Positions 1 to 9,903 of a DNA stretch of 64,000 nucleotides are shown in pieces (within the stretch, counting starts at the first letter, position 1; every line of letters starts with the position of its first letter). Source of the stretch: a virus (lineage: Duplodnaviria; Caudoviricetes); IMG/VR virus record IMGVR_UViG_3300010885_080481, one strand, 5' to 3'. Under the pieces are notes generated by a model. The model did no database searches and had not been told where the DNA came from. It saw only the letters and a program-made list of their open reading frames with translations. Both the position numbers and the translations under genes were made by a program.

Positions 1-2
1 CA

Positions 3-644
3 ATAGCCGATAAACCTATGATTTGTCACGTGTTGGAGTTAATGACTTCCGCAGGTATCGATGAAATAATGCTGATTACAGGGCCTGAAAACGCAGGCCA
101 AGTAATGGCTTTGTTGGGTTCTGGCGCAGAATATTCTTGTTCTTTGACTTACAGAATACAAGATAAAGCTAATGGCATCGCCGCCGCTTTAAATTTATGT
201 AAAGGATTTGTAGGAAATTCTAAATTTACGGTGATTTTAGGAGATAATATCTTTGGTGAATATTCAAAGTTGTCTTCACAAATAAAAGAGTTTTATCAAT
301 CAGACGAAGAATTTATGCTGTTCACAAAAAAGGTACCTGATCCTCATAGATTTGGAGTGCCTGTTTATGTAAATGGTAAAGTGATAGACATCATTGAAAA
401 GCCAAAGAACCCAAGTACAGATCGAGCCGTTGTCGGTCTTTATTGTTATTCTTCTAATGTTTTTGAAGTCATTGAAGGATTACAACCTTCAGCCCGCGGA
501 GAATATGAAATATCAGAAGTAAATTCATATTTGGTTAAGAATAAAAAAGGAAGTTTTTTTGACATAGAGTGTGGTTGGGTTGATGCAGGAACTCATGAGT
601 CTTATAAGAAAGCTAACGAAATGATTTGGGAGAAAGCAAAATGA
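3..644 (+). CDS. rmlA: Glucose-1-phosphate thymidylyltransferase (RmlA-like, short form), 5'-truncated by window edge
   Basis: Frame is open to the window edge (IADKPMI...). Motifs QDKANGIAAA, VILGDNIF, RFGV, IIEKP, SARGEYEISE, WVDAGT. Confidence 0.9.
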   Translation: MADKPMICHVLELMTSAGIDEIMLITGPENAGQVMALLGSGAEYSCSLTYRIQDKANGIAAALNLCKGFVGNSKFTVILGDNIFGEYSKLSSQIKEFYQSDEEFMLFTKKVPDPHRFGVPVYVNGKVIDIIEKPKNPSTDRAVVGLYCYSSNVFEVIEGLQPSARGEYEISEVNSYLVKNKKGSFFDIECGWVDAGTHESYKKANEMIWEKAK

Positions 645-1468
645 AAGTAATCATCGGATCAGGCAAAGTTGCTAATATCATAAAAAATGATGATGATGTT
701 ATTTTGCCTCACTCTCAAATAGAGATTAAAGATGAGACCTCGGTAGAAGAAGCTCTTTCTAAATTTCCAGCTGGTACAGTTGTCATCAATACTGCTGCAA
801 AAATTAATCTAGAATGGTGTGAAGAAAATAAAGAAGAATCTAGGTTGGTCAACGTTGATGGAGCTATAAACGTTGCTAAAGCTTGTAAAAAACATGGACA
901 TCACTTAGTTCATATAAGCAGTGGATGTATTTTTGATGGAATGGAAACTGAAAAAATATACACAGAAGTAGATGAACCTACACCTGCATCATGGTATGCA
1001 AAAACTAAGTCAGATGCTGATGCTGCAATCATGTCGCTGGGACATGACATGATAACTATAGTTCGTCCTAGACAACTAATATCAGCAATTCCTAACCCAA
1101 CTAACATGTTAACTAAGTTTATTAACTTGCAAAATGGTGATTTCATTGATTCGAAAAACTCTATTACTTGTATAGAGGATATGAAGTTAATGATTGATCA
1201 TCTAATTAATGGAAAGCATTACGGAATTTACAATCTTGCAAACATAGGGTGGCTCAGTCCTTATCAAATAGCCAATAAAGTAAAAAGCAGAATTTCAAGT
1301 AAACTTATCGTTAATAAAATAAACTACAAAGATTATTTGAAAAATATAAAAGTAAAAAGAGTTAACACTTTGTTGAGTGTTAATAAACTCATATCGACCG
1401 GATTTATGCCTAGGAATGCAATGGCCGCCTTAGAATGGTGTCTAGAAAATTATAGGAAAATAGCATGA
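641..1468 (+). CDS. rmlD: dTDP-4-dehydrorhamnose reductase-like SDR
   Basis: VINTAA, VNVDGA, HISSGCIFDG, YAKTK (YxxxK). Start moved to ATG 641, which overlaps the rmlA stop (ATGA). Confidence 0.8.
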   Translation: MKVIIGSGKVANIIKNDDDVILPHSQIEIKDETSVEEALSKFPAGTVVINTAAKINLEWCEENKEESRLVNVDGAINVAKACKKHGHHLVHISSGCIFDGMETEKIYTEVDEPTPASWYAKTKSDADAAIMSLGHDMITIVRPRQLISAIPNPTNMLTKFINLQNGDFIDSKNSITCIEDMKLMIDHLINGKHYGIYNLANIGWLSPYQIANKVKSRISSKLIVNKINYKDYLKNIKVKRVNTLLSVNKLISTGFMPRNAMAALEWCLENYRKIA

Positions 1469-2394
1469 ATGTAATCATTACGGGCGGGGCAGGATTCATA
1501 GGAGGTCACGCAGTCAAGCATTTTCAAAGTTTAGGAGATTCTGTTCTAAACGTAGACAAGCTTACGTATGCCAGCAAGAAAATCGATTTACAAGATTCAA
1601 ATTTTTTGCAACTGGATGTTTGTGAAACTGAACAGTTGATAGAACAAATAAAGAAACGTAAACCTGATTTTTTGATTCATTTTGCCGCAGAAACCCATGT
1701 AGATAACTCAATAGTTAACTGCGATGATTTTATTCACTCTAATGTAAAAGGGGTTGTTTCTGTCTTAAATGCATGTAAAGCAACAGGTACTAAGTTATGT
1801 CATATTTCCACCGACGAGGTATACGGCCCAGCTTATAATAGACCTTTTAACGAAGATGATTCTTTAAATCCTTTGAATCCTTATTCTTCTACAAAAGCTT
1901 CTGGCGATTTGCTGATTAAGTCTTATAGAAATACTTACGGATTAGAATACGTTATCGTTAGACCTTCTAACAACTATGGTCCTAATCAACACACTGAAAA
2001 GTTTATTCCCAAGTTGATTGATTGCTTGAAGAAAGGAGCTCAATTTCCTCTCTACGGAGCCGGTGATCAAGAAAGAGAGTGGACTTATGCAGAAGACACA
2101 GTTAAACTAATCAGGATGTTGTTAACTTCTAGGTTAACTGAATGGAATTCAGTTTATAACTTAAGTTCAGGAATAACATTTACAAACTTAGAAACAGCTA
2201 TGCATGTTTTAAAATCTTATAATTCGATTACGCAAAGCAACATTAAATTTGAAGACGTTATAAAGACTTCAAAAGACAGACCAGGTCATGATAGAAAATA
2301 CTGGATAACTGCTAACAAATTAAATTCCGTTGTAAAATTTGACTACACTGGATTTCAATCTGGGTTAGAAAAAACAATTTCTTCTTATGTCTAA
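1465..2394 (+). CDS. rmlB: dTDP-glucose 4,6-dehydratase
   Basis: TGGAGFIG, DKLTYA, HFAAETHVDNS, HISTDEVYG, NPYSSTKAS, NNYGPNQH, EKFIP, DRPGHDRKY. Confidence 0.92.
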   Translation: MNVIITGGAGFIGGHAVKHFQSLGDSVLNVDKLTYASKKIDLQDSNFLQLDVCETEQLIEQIKKRKPDFLIHFAAETHVDNSIVNCDDFIHSNVKGVVSVLNACKATGTKLCHISTDEVYGPAYNRPFNEDDSLNPLNPYSSTKASGDLLIKSYRNTYGLEYVIVRPSNNYGPNQHTEKFIPKLIDCLKKGAQFPLYGAGDQEREWTYAEDTVKLIRMLLTSRLTEWNSVYNLSSGITFTNLETAMHVLKSYNSITQSNIKFEDVIKTSKDRPGHDRKYWITANKLNSVVKFDYTGFQSGLEKTISSYV

Positions 2395-3127
2395 AAACAA
2401 CAAATTCGTGTTTGTGGCTCCCATGTATAACGCATCCGATACTTTACCTCGGATGCTTCATTCTATTTGTGGCCAATCTTACGAAAATTGGGAAATAGTA
2501 TTGGTCGACGATGTTTCTTCAAATGAGCATAAAGCAGCAGCATCAAAAACTTGTGAAGACTTTAAATCAATTTTAGAAGGAAAATATTCACAAAAAATTA
2601 AAGTTTTTTGGAATGATGACAAGAAATGGGAAGTTGCAAATGTCTTAAAAGGCATTTCTACATGTAAAGATGATGACATTGTCTGCAGGATTGATGCAGA
2701 TGATTGGTTGACAGACTTGGATTCTCTAGCCATTATTAATTTTGCATATAACACTTCTCAATGCGAAATTTTGTGGACTGCTCATAGGTGGAGCTTTTCT
2801 GATAAAAACATAAGCAACCATATGTCTGATGATGCGGATCCTTACAAACACCCTTGGGTCTCAAGCCATTTAAAAACTTTTAGAAAATATTTGCTTAATA
2901 ACGTAAAAGACGAAAATTACAGAGGTGAGGATGGCAATTATATACGAAGAGCTGGGGACCAAGCAATTTATTTGCCTGCTCTATATAACTCAAAAAAACG
3001 AAATTTCTTGCCAAGAGTGATGTATCACTATACTATAAAAGATGTTCCTGAAACTTATCAAACATCTGATGCTATATTCCAAAGAGATGAAGCATTGTTT
3101 TTAAGAAGTAGAGGTTATGTTAAATGA
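2387..3127 (+). CDS. Glycosyltransferase family 2 (GT-A)
   Basis: FVAPMYNA, IVLVDDVS, RIDADDWL, GDQAIYLP. Confidence 0.85.
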   Translation: MSKNNKFVFVAPMYNASDTLPRMLHSICGQSYENWEIVLVDDVSSNEHKAAASKTCEDFKSILEGKYSQKIKVFWNDDKKWEVANVLKGISTCKDDDIVCRIDADDWLTDLDSLAIINFAYNTSQCEILWTAHRWSFSDKNISNHMSDDADPYKHPWVSSHLKTFRKYLLNNVKDENYRGEDGNYIRRAGDQAIYLPALYNSKKRNFLPRVMYHYTIKDVPETYQTSDAIFQRDEALFLRSRGYVK

Positions 3128-3486
3128 ACGGTAAAAAGTTAGATGAATCTATCAGCAAATTATTAACTGTTAGATTGTCAAAAAGAAAAGGACAAAAGCT
3201 AGACAGAAGTACATGTATAGAAATTTATAATGATATATTTTTTACCTTATCAGAGGTCGTAAAAAGTGCAAGTACTCCATTGTCTAACGAATCAGTCAAT
3301 CTTTTATCTCAAATGTATTACGATTCAATAACAATAAATGATAATCAGGAGCTAGATCCTAACATCTTTACTCAAAGAGCATCATTAAAAAATATTGAAA
3401 CAAAAGAATTAACCCTAATGTCTGTTATGGTAAGTGGAACTCCTTTTGCAGTTCCTTTTATCCAAGAGGTTAAGCGGAGATCGTGA
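3124..3486 (+). CDS. Hypothetical protein (120 aa)
   Basis: ORF translationally coupled to both neighbours; no recognisable motif. Confidence 0.7.
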   Translation: MNGKKLDESISKLLTVRLSKRKGQKLDRSTCIEIYNDIFFTLSEVVKSASTPLSNESVNLLSQMYYDSITINDNQELDPNIFTQRASLKNIETKELTLMSVMVSGTPFAVPFIQEVKRRS

Positions 3487-4406
3487 AAATTCACTTAGAT
3501 AACGTTAACTTGAACTCCAGTTCAGGACCAAATTCTTTTGCAAAAAGATTGTCAAAAGGCCTAATAGAATCTGGACATGAGGTAGAATTACATGATGGTA
3601 GAAGTTCAGATGTTTCTTTGGTTTTTATTGAACCTAGCGGCAGACCCTTGGCAAAGAAAGTTGTTCAGCGTTTGGATGGAATCTGGTTTTCTCCAGAGGA
3701 ATTTGAGACCAAAAATAGCAATATAAAAAATCTATATCAAAACTCCAGTGGAGTGATTTGGCAATCCGAATTTGACAAAGAGATGGTCACGAAATGGTGG
3801 GGTATCCACAAAAATGGAGCTGTCATAAGAAATGGTATAGACATAAATCCAGTAAAAAAGTTTTCTATACCTGCTCTTGAACAAATAAGAAATCAATATG
3901 AGATGGTTTTTGTTTGTTCGGCTAATTGGCATCCACAAAAAAGGTTACTAGAAAATATAAATCTTTATAAGCATTTAAGAAAATTTTATAAATCAGCTGC
4001 TTTAATAGTGATGGGATCTAATCCTGTTCAAGTAGCCGATAATCACATTTTTTACGCGGGGCCACAACCTCATGAAGTTTGTTTAGAGGTATTTTCTGCT
4101 GCAAATTGGATGATTCATTTAGCGTGGCTTGATCATTGTCCTAATACGGTTGTGGAAGCACTATCACAAGGTACTCCCGTTATTTGTTCAGAACATGGTG
4201 GGACAAAAGAGTTAGTTAAAGATTTTGGAATCATCTTAAAAGAATCTAGAAGTTATAACTACGAATTAACAAATTATGATAATCCCCCTGTTATGGATTA
4301 TTCTAACTTGAATAAACTTCCTAAAAAAAATGAACTAGGAAAGCATTTCGATATTTCTATACAAAGAACTCTACAAGATTATTTAGAATTTCTTAAAAGC
4401 TTATGA
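3483..4406 (+). CDS. Glycosyltransferase family 4-like (GT-B)
   Basis: SGPNSFA, IRNGID, CSANWHPQKRL, DHCPNTVVEALSQGTPVICS (E-x7-E-like motif). GTG start. Confidence 0.85.
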   Translation: MKIHLDNVNLNSSSGPNSFAKRLSKGLIESGHEVELHDGRSSDVSLVFIEPSGRPLAKKVVQRLDGIWFSPEEFETKNSNIKNLYQNSSGVIWQSEFDKEMVTKWWGIHKNGAVIRNGIDINPVKKFSIPALEQIRNQYEMVFVCSANWHPQKRLLENINLYKHLRKFYKSAALIVMGSNPVQVADNHIFYAGPQPHEVCLEVFSAANWMIHLAWLDHCPNTVVEALSQGTPVICSEHGGTKELVKDFGIILKESRSYNYELTNYDNPPVMDYSNLNKLPKKNELGKHFDISIQRTLQDYLEFLKSL

Positions 4407-4735
4407 AAAAAGTAGAAAAAGGTTGGGGTTATGAACTTTGGATTCATAATGATGAAAAGTATTGCGGAAAATTATTATTCTTTAACAAGGGCAAAAAGTG
4501 TAGCTTGCATTATCATAAATTAAAGCATGAAACTTTTTACGTTCAATTAGGATCATTAAAATGTAAGTTCATCGATGGATCTAATGAAGATAACGTCATT
4601 TTAAATGCTGGAGATTCTAAAGAAATTCATCAAGGATTGATCCACCAAATGGAAGCATTAGAAGATACAGTCATGTTTGAATTTTCTACACAACACTTTG
4701 ATGAAGACAGTTATAGAATCCAAAAAGGTGATTAA
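4403..4735 (+). CDS. Cupin-fold sugar isomerase/epimerase-like protein
   Basis: KGWGYE, SLHYHKLKHETFYV and IHQMEALED cupin metal-binding motifs. Confidence 0.8.
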   Translation: MKKVEKGWGYELWIHNDEKYCGKLLFFNKGKKCSLHYHKLKHETFYVQLGSLKCKFIDGSNEDNVILNAGDSKEIHQGLIHQMEALEDTVMFEFSTQHFDEDSYRIQKGD

Positions 4736-5587
4736 ATGGGATTAGGCGGATATCTTACGTGGACAGCTGTTGCGAGAGAAATTTGTAATGCAACAGGATT
4801 AAATAAAGTTTTTCCATTTGAACAGCATAATGGTCCTTTGATTAAGACCATAAAAACTTCCATGTTTGAAAACAACCCTTATTTTCAGCAGGATTTTAAT
4901 AGTCGTTCACCGGCATTTCCTTTGCAGCTAAACAATCCTGCTACAAATTATTGTAAACAAGACACTCACGAAAAAGCTGTTCATAGGTATGATAAACACA
5001 TCATCGAACAAATTTGCGAATTTTATGGAATAAAAAATCCAAAGTTAAAATGTGAAATTTATTTTTCTGATGAGGAAAAGAAATTTGCTTTAGATGTGTT
5101 GTCTATTCATTCTTTGTCTACAAACAACTTTATTGTAATTGAACCTCAATCTAATGATGAATACACCGTTAACAAGCTTTATTCATTTAAAAAATGGCAA
5201 TTAGTAACAGACGAATTGGTTAAGCTAGGTTTTACTTTAGTTCAAGTAGGAAGAGAAAACAGGGGTAATCGATTAAAAAATGTGATTGATTTAACGGGAA
5301 AAACTAGCTTTAGAGAAGCCGCCGCAATTATAAAAAATTCCAGTTTGTTTATATCTTCAGAAGGTGGATTGATGCACGCCGCCAATGCTGTAGGCGTAAA
5401 AAGCGTGATTCTATTCACCGGATTTATTCATCCTAGAATGACAGGTTATCCTGAAAACAAAAACTTGTGGATAGGCAATGATCACGGTCCTTGTGGCATG
5501 AAAGTTCGTTGTCCTTCGTGCGCTAAGAATGTTGAAGATCATGATTACTTTGAAATTGTAGAAGCCGTCAAAGGTATAATCAAATGA
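4736..5587 (+). CDS. Glycosyltransferase family 9 (heptosyltransferase-like)
   Basis: N-terminal GLGG, KKWQ, DLTGKTSFREAAAII, FISSEGGLMHAANAVG, C-terminal Cys cluster (PCGMKVRCPSC). Adjacent to heptose genes. Confidence 0.85.
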   Translation: MGLGGYLTWTAVAREICNATGLNKVFPFEQHNGPLIKTIKTSMFENNPYFQQDFNSRSPAFPLQLNNPATNYCKQDTHEKAVHRYDKHIIEQICEFYGIKNPKLKCEIYFSDEEKKFALDVLSIHSLSTNNFIVIEPQSNDEYTVNKLYSFKKWQLVTDELVKLGFTLVQVGRENRGNRLKNVIDLTGKTSFREAAAIIKNSSLFISSEGGLMHAANAVGVKSVILFTGFIHPRMTGYPENKNLWIGNDHGPCGMKVRCPSCAKNVEDHDYFEIVEAVKGIIK

Positions 5588-6504
5588 GTATTTTAGTAAC
5601 AGGTGCAGCAGGATTTGTCGGGTCTAACATTGTAAAAAGACTTAATGATGTAGGTCACTACGATATTTATTTGGTTGATTCTATCAACGACAAAAATGAA
5701 AAAAACATTAAAAATGTTAAATACAAAGATCTTATAAGCAAAGAATCTTTTGATGCTTCCACTCTTGAAAAACTTAAAGAAATAAAAGTTGTATTTCATC
5801 AAGGCGCAATTACCGACACTACTTTTAATAATGAAATAGAGATGATGAGAGTGAACTACGATTTAAGCGTAATGATTTTCAATCACTGCGCTTTTAATAA
5901 TTGTAGCATGATTTATGCTTCATCAGCAGCGGTATATGGAATAGGTGATAATGGGTTTTCTGAAAATTCTTTTTGCGAAAACCCATTAAATGTTTATGCT
6001 GAATCTAAACTAAGATTCGATAATTACGTTAGAAGTTCAAAAGTAAATAACCAAGTTGTGGGGTTACGTTACTTCAACGTATTCGGAAAAAACGAAGACC
6101 ACAAATTGAAGATGGCTTCTCCAATAAACCAATTTTATAGACAAGCAAAGAGTATAGAAAAGGTAAGGGTTTTTGAAGGAAGCCAAAATTTTAAAAGAGA
6201 TTTTATTTGTGTAGACGACGTAGTGGACGTCAATATGTTTTTTTACGAAAATAAAAACATATCTGGAATTTTTAACTGCGGAACAGGACAAACTGCAACT
6301 TTTCAAGACGCAGCAGATATGGTGTCAAACCAGTTGAATGTCCCAATAGAAGAAATACCATTTCCAGATATTTTGAAAGGCAAGTATCAATCATACACCT
6401 GCGCTGATTTAACATCTTTAAGATCTGTCGGGTACAAAAAAGAATTTACGTCTTTTAAAAATGCTGCTTTTGATTATATAGACTTTATGAAAAATTCAGA
6501 GTGA
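5584..6504 (+). CDS. hldD: ADP-L-glycero-D-manno-heptose 6-epimerase
   Basis: VTGAAGFVGSN, FHQGAITDTT, YASSAAVYG, PLNVYAESK, LRYFNVFG, EDHK..MAS, RDFICVDDV, GKYQSYTCADL. Confidence 0.92.
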   Translation: MSILVTGAAGFVGSNIVKRLNDVGHYDIYLVDSINDKNEKNIKNVKYKDLISKESFDASTLEKLKEIKVVFHQGAITDTTFNNEIEMMRVNYDLSVMIFNHCAFNNCSMIYASSAAVYGIGDNGFSENSFCENPLNVYAESKLRFDNYVRSSKVNNQVVGLRYFNVFGKNEDHKLKMASPINQFYRQAKSIEKVRVFEGSQNFKRDFICVDDVVDVNMFFYENKNISGIFNCGTGQTATFQDAADMVSNQLNVPIEEIPFPDILKGKYQSYTCADLTSLRSVGYKKEFTSFKNAAFDYIDFMKNSE

Positions 6505-6923
6505 TGAAAAAAGTAGTTTTCACAAATGGGTGTTTCGACATTCTTCACGTTGGTCATATAAAGCTATTAGAAGAATGTAGAAAGTTGTCGTGCGATGGAA
6601 CTGTTATAATCGGGCTTAACAGCGACGATAGCATCAAAAAATTAAAAGGAAGTTCCAGACCAATCAACGATCAATATTCTAGAAAAGTATTGCTAGAGTC
6701 TATTAGATTTGTTGATGAAGTCATTATTTTTGAAGAAGAAACTCCTGAAAATTTATTATCGATTATAAGACCTGACGTATTAGTTAAAGGCGGAGATTAT
6801 TCGATTGAACAAATTGCTGGAAAACAATTTGCAAATGAAGTTATAATATTTTCTTACTTAGATGGATTCTCTACAACGTCAACCATACGAAAAATATCAC
6901 AAAATTCTGGTGATAGGCGATAG
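6501..6923 (+). CDS. rfaE2: D-glycero-beta-D-manno-heptose 1-phosphate adenylyltransferase (HldE/RfaE domain II, stand-alone)
   Basis: VFTNGCFDILHVGH, IGLNSDDSI, KGSSRPIN, PDVLVKGGDY, FSTT. GTG 6501 or ATG 6504 start. Confidence 0.92.
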   Translation: MMKKVVFTNGCFDILHVGHIKLLEECRKLSCDGTVIIGLNSDDSIKKLKGSSRPINDQYSRKVLLESIRFVDEVIIFEEETPENLLSIIRPDVLVKGGDYSIEQIAGKQFANEVIIFSYLDGFSTTSTIRKISQNSGDRR

Positions 6924-7659
6924 CTGCGAAGACATATATCAATATGGAACTTGTGATAGATTGAGTCCTGAGGCACCTGTTCCGATTTTAAAACTTAATA
7001 AGACAGAAATAAAACCTGGCATGTGTATGAATGTAGCCAAGAATCTAGAGGGTTTAGGCTTAAACGTTGATGTTCTTACGCATAAGAAAAAAATAAAAAA
7101 ATACAGGTTTGTTGAAGAAAAAAGGTTGGTTCATCTACTGAGGGTAGACGAAGAAGACTGTCCGGTAGATTCCTTAGTTTGGGATGACGCAGAGTCACTT
7201 TTAAAAAATCAAGAATATGATGCAATTGTTATATCTGATTATAATAAGGGATTTATTAAAGATGACTTGTGCAGAAAGCTAATAGAGTTTGTTGACGGAA
7301 AGACTCCTGTCTTTGTAGACACAAAGAAGCAAGACATATCTTGTTATTCAGGTTGCATAATAAAAGTCAACAAATTTGAAAAAGAAAATATAAAAAAGCT
7401 TCCTGACTCAGATTACGAATTAATAGTAACCTTAGGGGAAGAAGGAGCTTTTTGGAATGACAAAGTTTATCCTACTAAAAAATCTAAATTGTATGACGTT
7501 TGTGGAGCCGGGGATACCTTCCTAGCAGCTTTAGTTTATAGTTACGTATCTAACAATTCTTTAGAAAATTCTATCATGTTTGCCAACAGATGTGCCAGTC
7601 TATCTGTTACTCATTTTGGTAATTTTATTTTGGATAATAAAGATGTCGCCGAGATTTGA
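6862..7659 (+). CDS. rfaE1: Heptose-7-phosphate kinase (HldE/RfaE domain I, PfkB family, stand-alone)
   Basis: ILVIGD, RLSPEAPVP, ISDYNKG, VTLGEEGA, DVCGAGDTFLA. Confidence 0.88.
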   Translation: MDSLQRQPYEKYHKILVIGDSCEDIYQYGTCDRLSPEAPVPILKLNKTEIKPGMCMNVAKNLEGLGLNVDVLTHKKKIKKYRFVEEKRLVHLLRVDEEDCPVDSLVWDDAESLLKNQEYDAIVISDYNKGFIKDDLCRKLIEFVDGKTPVFVDTKKQDISCYSGCIIKVNKFEKENIKKLPDSDYELIVTLGEEGAFWNDKVYPTKKSKLYDVCGAGDTFLAALVYSYVSNNSLENSIMFANRCASLSVTHFGNFILDNKDVAEI

Positions 7660-8263
7660 GGCTTTGATATTTGACTTTGATGGAACGCTTTGCAATTCCG
7701 AAGACTTGCATAAGTCATGTTTTATTGAATCTTTGAAACTTCATGGATATTCCTGGTGTTCTAAAAAAGAATTAATTTACCAACTTTCAAAAAATAAAAA
7801 AACCTTTAATAAACTTATGTTGTTGTCTGAACAAGGTCTATTAGACAAAAAAGACATAATAAACATAAACTCATTGAAGCAAGAGTTAACGATTGACAGA
7901 ATCAAGACTTCTAAAATGGATGAAGAAGTTTTTAATTTTCTTTTATCTCTAAAGAACGTAACGTTGGCAATTGCTTCTGATGCCAATAGAAACACAATAC
8001 TTTCTTTTTTGCAGCATAATCAAGCTTTCGATTTATTCAAACTGGTGGCAACTAGCGAAGATGTTGGATTAAAAACAAAACCTTCATCTAAAGTTTATGA
8101 GTTTGCTTTAAATAAATTGTCAGTATCTTCAGATAAAGTTGCTGTTTTTGAAGACACGAACGAAGGTATTGAAGCTGCGACAAACGCAGGAATTCAATTC
8201 GTATACAATTGTACATACAAAACTTTACATAATACTTTACAGAAAATTAAGGGATCCTTATGA
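7643..8263 (+). CDS. HAD-superfamily phosphatase (beta-PGM/CbbY-like)
   Basis: IFDFDGTL (DxD), IASD, KPSS, VFEDT..GIEAA..AG. Start moved to ATG 7643 (MSPRFEALIFD). Confidence 0.85.
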   Translation: MSPRFEALIFDFDGTLCNSEDLHKSCFIESLKLHGYSWCSKKELIYQLSKNKKTFNKLMLLSEQGLLDKKDIININSLKQELTIDRIKTSKMDEEVFNFLLSLKNVTLAIASDANRNTILSFLQHNQAFDLFKLVATSEDVGLKTKPSSKVYEFALNKLSVSSDKVAVFEDTNEGIEAATNAGIQFVYNCTYKTLHNTLQKIKGSL

Positions 8264-9903
8264 AGATAGCTGGAGTTTGGCCTGGGCATGATTGTTCTTT
8301 TTGCGTTTTAGATGATGGACATCCAATCATCCATGCAGAGTTAGAAAGATACAATAGAGAAAAATCTCCTCCTGGAGATGCTGTAGAATTTATGTTCGAA
8401 AGATCTCCCGCTGAATCTCAAGAATTGGTGCACATAGCATCTGTTCATCCCACCAAAAAAACAAAGCAATATGCTGAGTCTTACAAAAAAGCAGAAGAAA
8501 TTGTAACGAAAAATGGGGGAAATATACACTTTTTCTCTCATCATAGAGCTCATGCTGCAAATGCATTTTATTCTAGCAACTTAAAAGAATCTTTGGTAAT
8601 AACGATAGATGGTGGCGGTTCTGAAGACGACTCTGGTACAGAAACTGCTTGCACCATTTGGTATGGAAATGATTGTAATTTAAAAAATCTAAAAACGTTT
8701 AAACCCTACGAACTCAATATTGGAGGAGTTTGGACCAGAATAACTAGATACGTTTTTAAGTTACAAAATGGATGGCCTCTAGGAGGTGAAGAAGGAACCA
8801 TCATGGCAATGGCAGCCTTTGGAGATGCCTCAAAGTATGCAGAAGATTTTTATAGAATGTTGACAGTAGATATCCTGCCTTCCAGCGTAAAACCTCACAA
8901 TCAACCTCCTGGAGCTACTTCTGATAAAGATCCTGTGCATCCTTATCTTGAACCTTGGGCTGCTATTGCTAGAAAATCTGAGCAAGACAAATTTGATTTA
9001 GCTGCCGGGCTTCAGGCTGCAACTGAAGTTTTAATAAAGCAATTAATAGAGTTTGCATTAACAGCCAGTCCTGCTACTAAAAATCTTTGCATTTCAGGCG
9101 GAGTCTCTCTAAATTCAGTTGCAATGGGTAAAATAAAATCTTGGTTCCCAGGAAGAATAGAAAACGTTTATATTCCGCCTGTTCCATATGACGGCGGCTT
9201 GGCTATTGGAGCAGCACAGATTGTTTGGCACGAAGTTTTAGGAAATCCTAGAATAGCTTGGCAAAAAAACTTCACTCCTTACTTAGGTGAAGTTTGGGAC
9301 AAAGGGCACTTTCATGAAACAGTCGCTAAGTATGATGTAGAAGTTTCTGAGTGTGATTCTGCTAGATTGGCTGATTTGTTAGCTGATGCAAAGATTGTTT
9401 CTGTCTTTAACGGAAAGAGTGAATCAGGCAGAAGAGCCTTAGGTAATAGAAGCATTTTAGCGGATCCTAGAAATCCGCAAATGAAAGATATTATAAATGA
9501 AAAAGTAAAGCACAGAAAATGGTTCAGGCCATTTGCTCCTTCTATCTTGGAATCAGACGTTTCTGAATGGTTTGTAGAGTATCAAGAAAGTCCATACATG
9601 CAGTTTGTTTTGAAATTTAAAGAAGATAAGAAGAGTTTGGTTCCTGCAGTGGTTCATGAAGATGGCACAGCTCGTCTACAAACAGTAAGAAAAGAAGATA
9701 ACGAGTGGTACTTTGACTTTTTAACAAAATGGAAAGAAAAATCAGGAGTGCCTCTGATTTTAAACACTAGTTTCAACGATAGAGAACCTATCTGCGAAAA
9801 CGTTTCTCATTCTATCAATTGCTTCTTGGGTACAAAGATTGATTATCTTTTCTTTCCGGAATATGGATTGATTTTAGAAAGAAAAAAGAAAGATAATTCA
9901 TGA
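8260..9903 (+). CDS. O-carbamoyltransferase (NodU/CmcH family)
   Basis: GHD, ELERYNR, HHRAHAANAF, IDGGG, EGTIMAMAAFG, GGVSLN, DGGLAIGAA, ESGRRALGNRSILADP, KHRKWFRPFAP, VVHEDGTARLQTV, LNTSFN. Confidence 0.93.
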   Translation: MKIAGVWPGHDCSFCVLDDGHPIIHAELERYNREKSPPGDAVEFMFERSPAESQELVHIASVHPTKKTKQYAESYKKAEEIVTKNGGNIHFFSHHRAHAANAFYSSNLKESLVITIDGGGSEDDSGTETACTIWYGNDCNLKNLKTFKPYELNIGGVWTRITRYVFKLQNGWPLGGEEGTIMAMAAFGDASKYAEDFYRMLTVDILPSSVKPHNQPPGATSDKDPVHPYLEPWAAIARKSEQDKFDLAAGLQAATEVLIKQLIEFALTASPATKNLCISGGVSLNSVAMGKIKSWFPGRIENVYIPPVPYDGGLAIGAAQIVWHEVLGNPRIAWQKNFTPYLGEVWDKGHFHETVAKYDVEVSECDSARLADLLADAKIVSVFNGKSESGRRALGNRSILADPRNPQMKDIINEKVKHRKWFRPFAPSILESDVSEWFVEYQESPYMQFVLKFKEDKKSLVPAVVHEDGTARLQTVRKEDNEWYFDFLTKWKEKSGVPLILNTSFNDREPICENVSHSINCFLGTKIDYLFFPEYGLILERKKKDNS

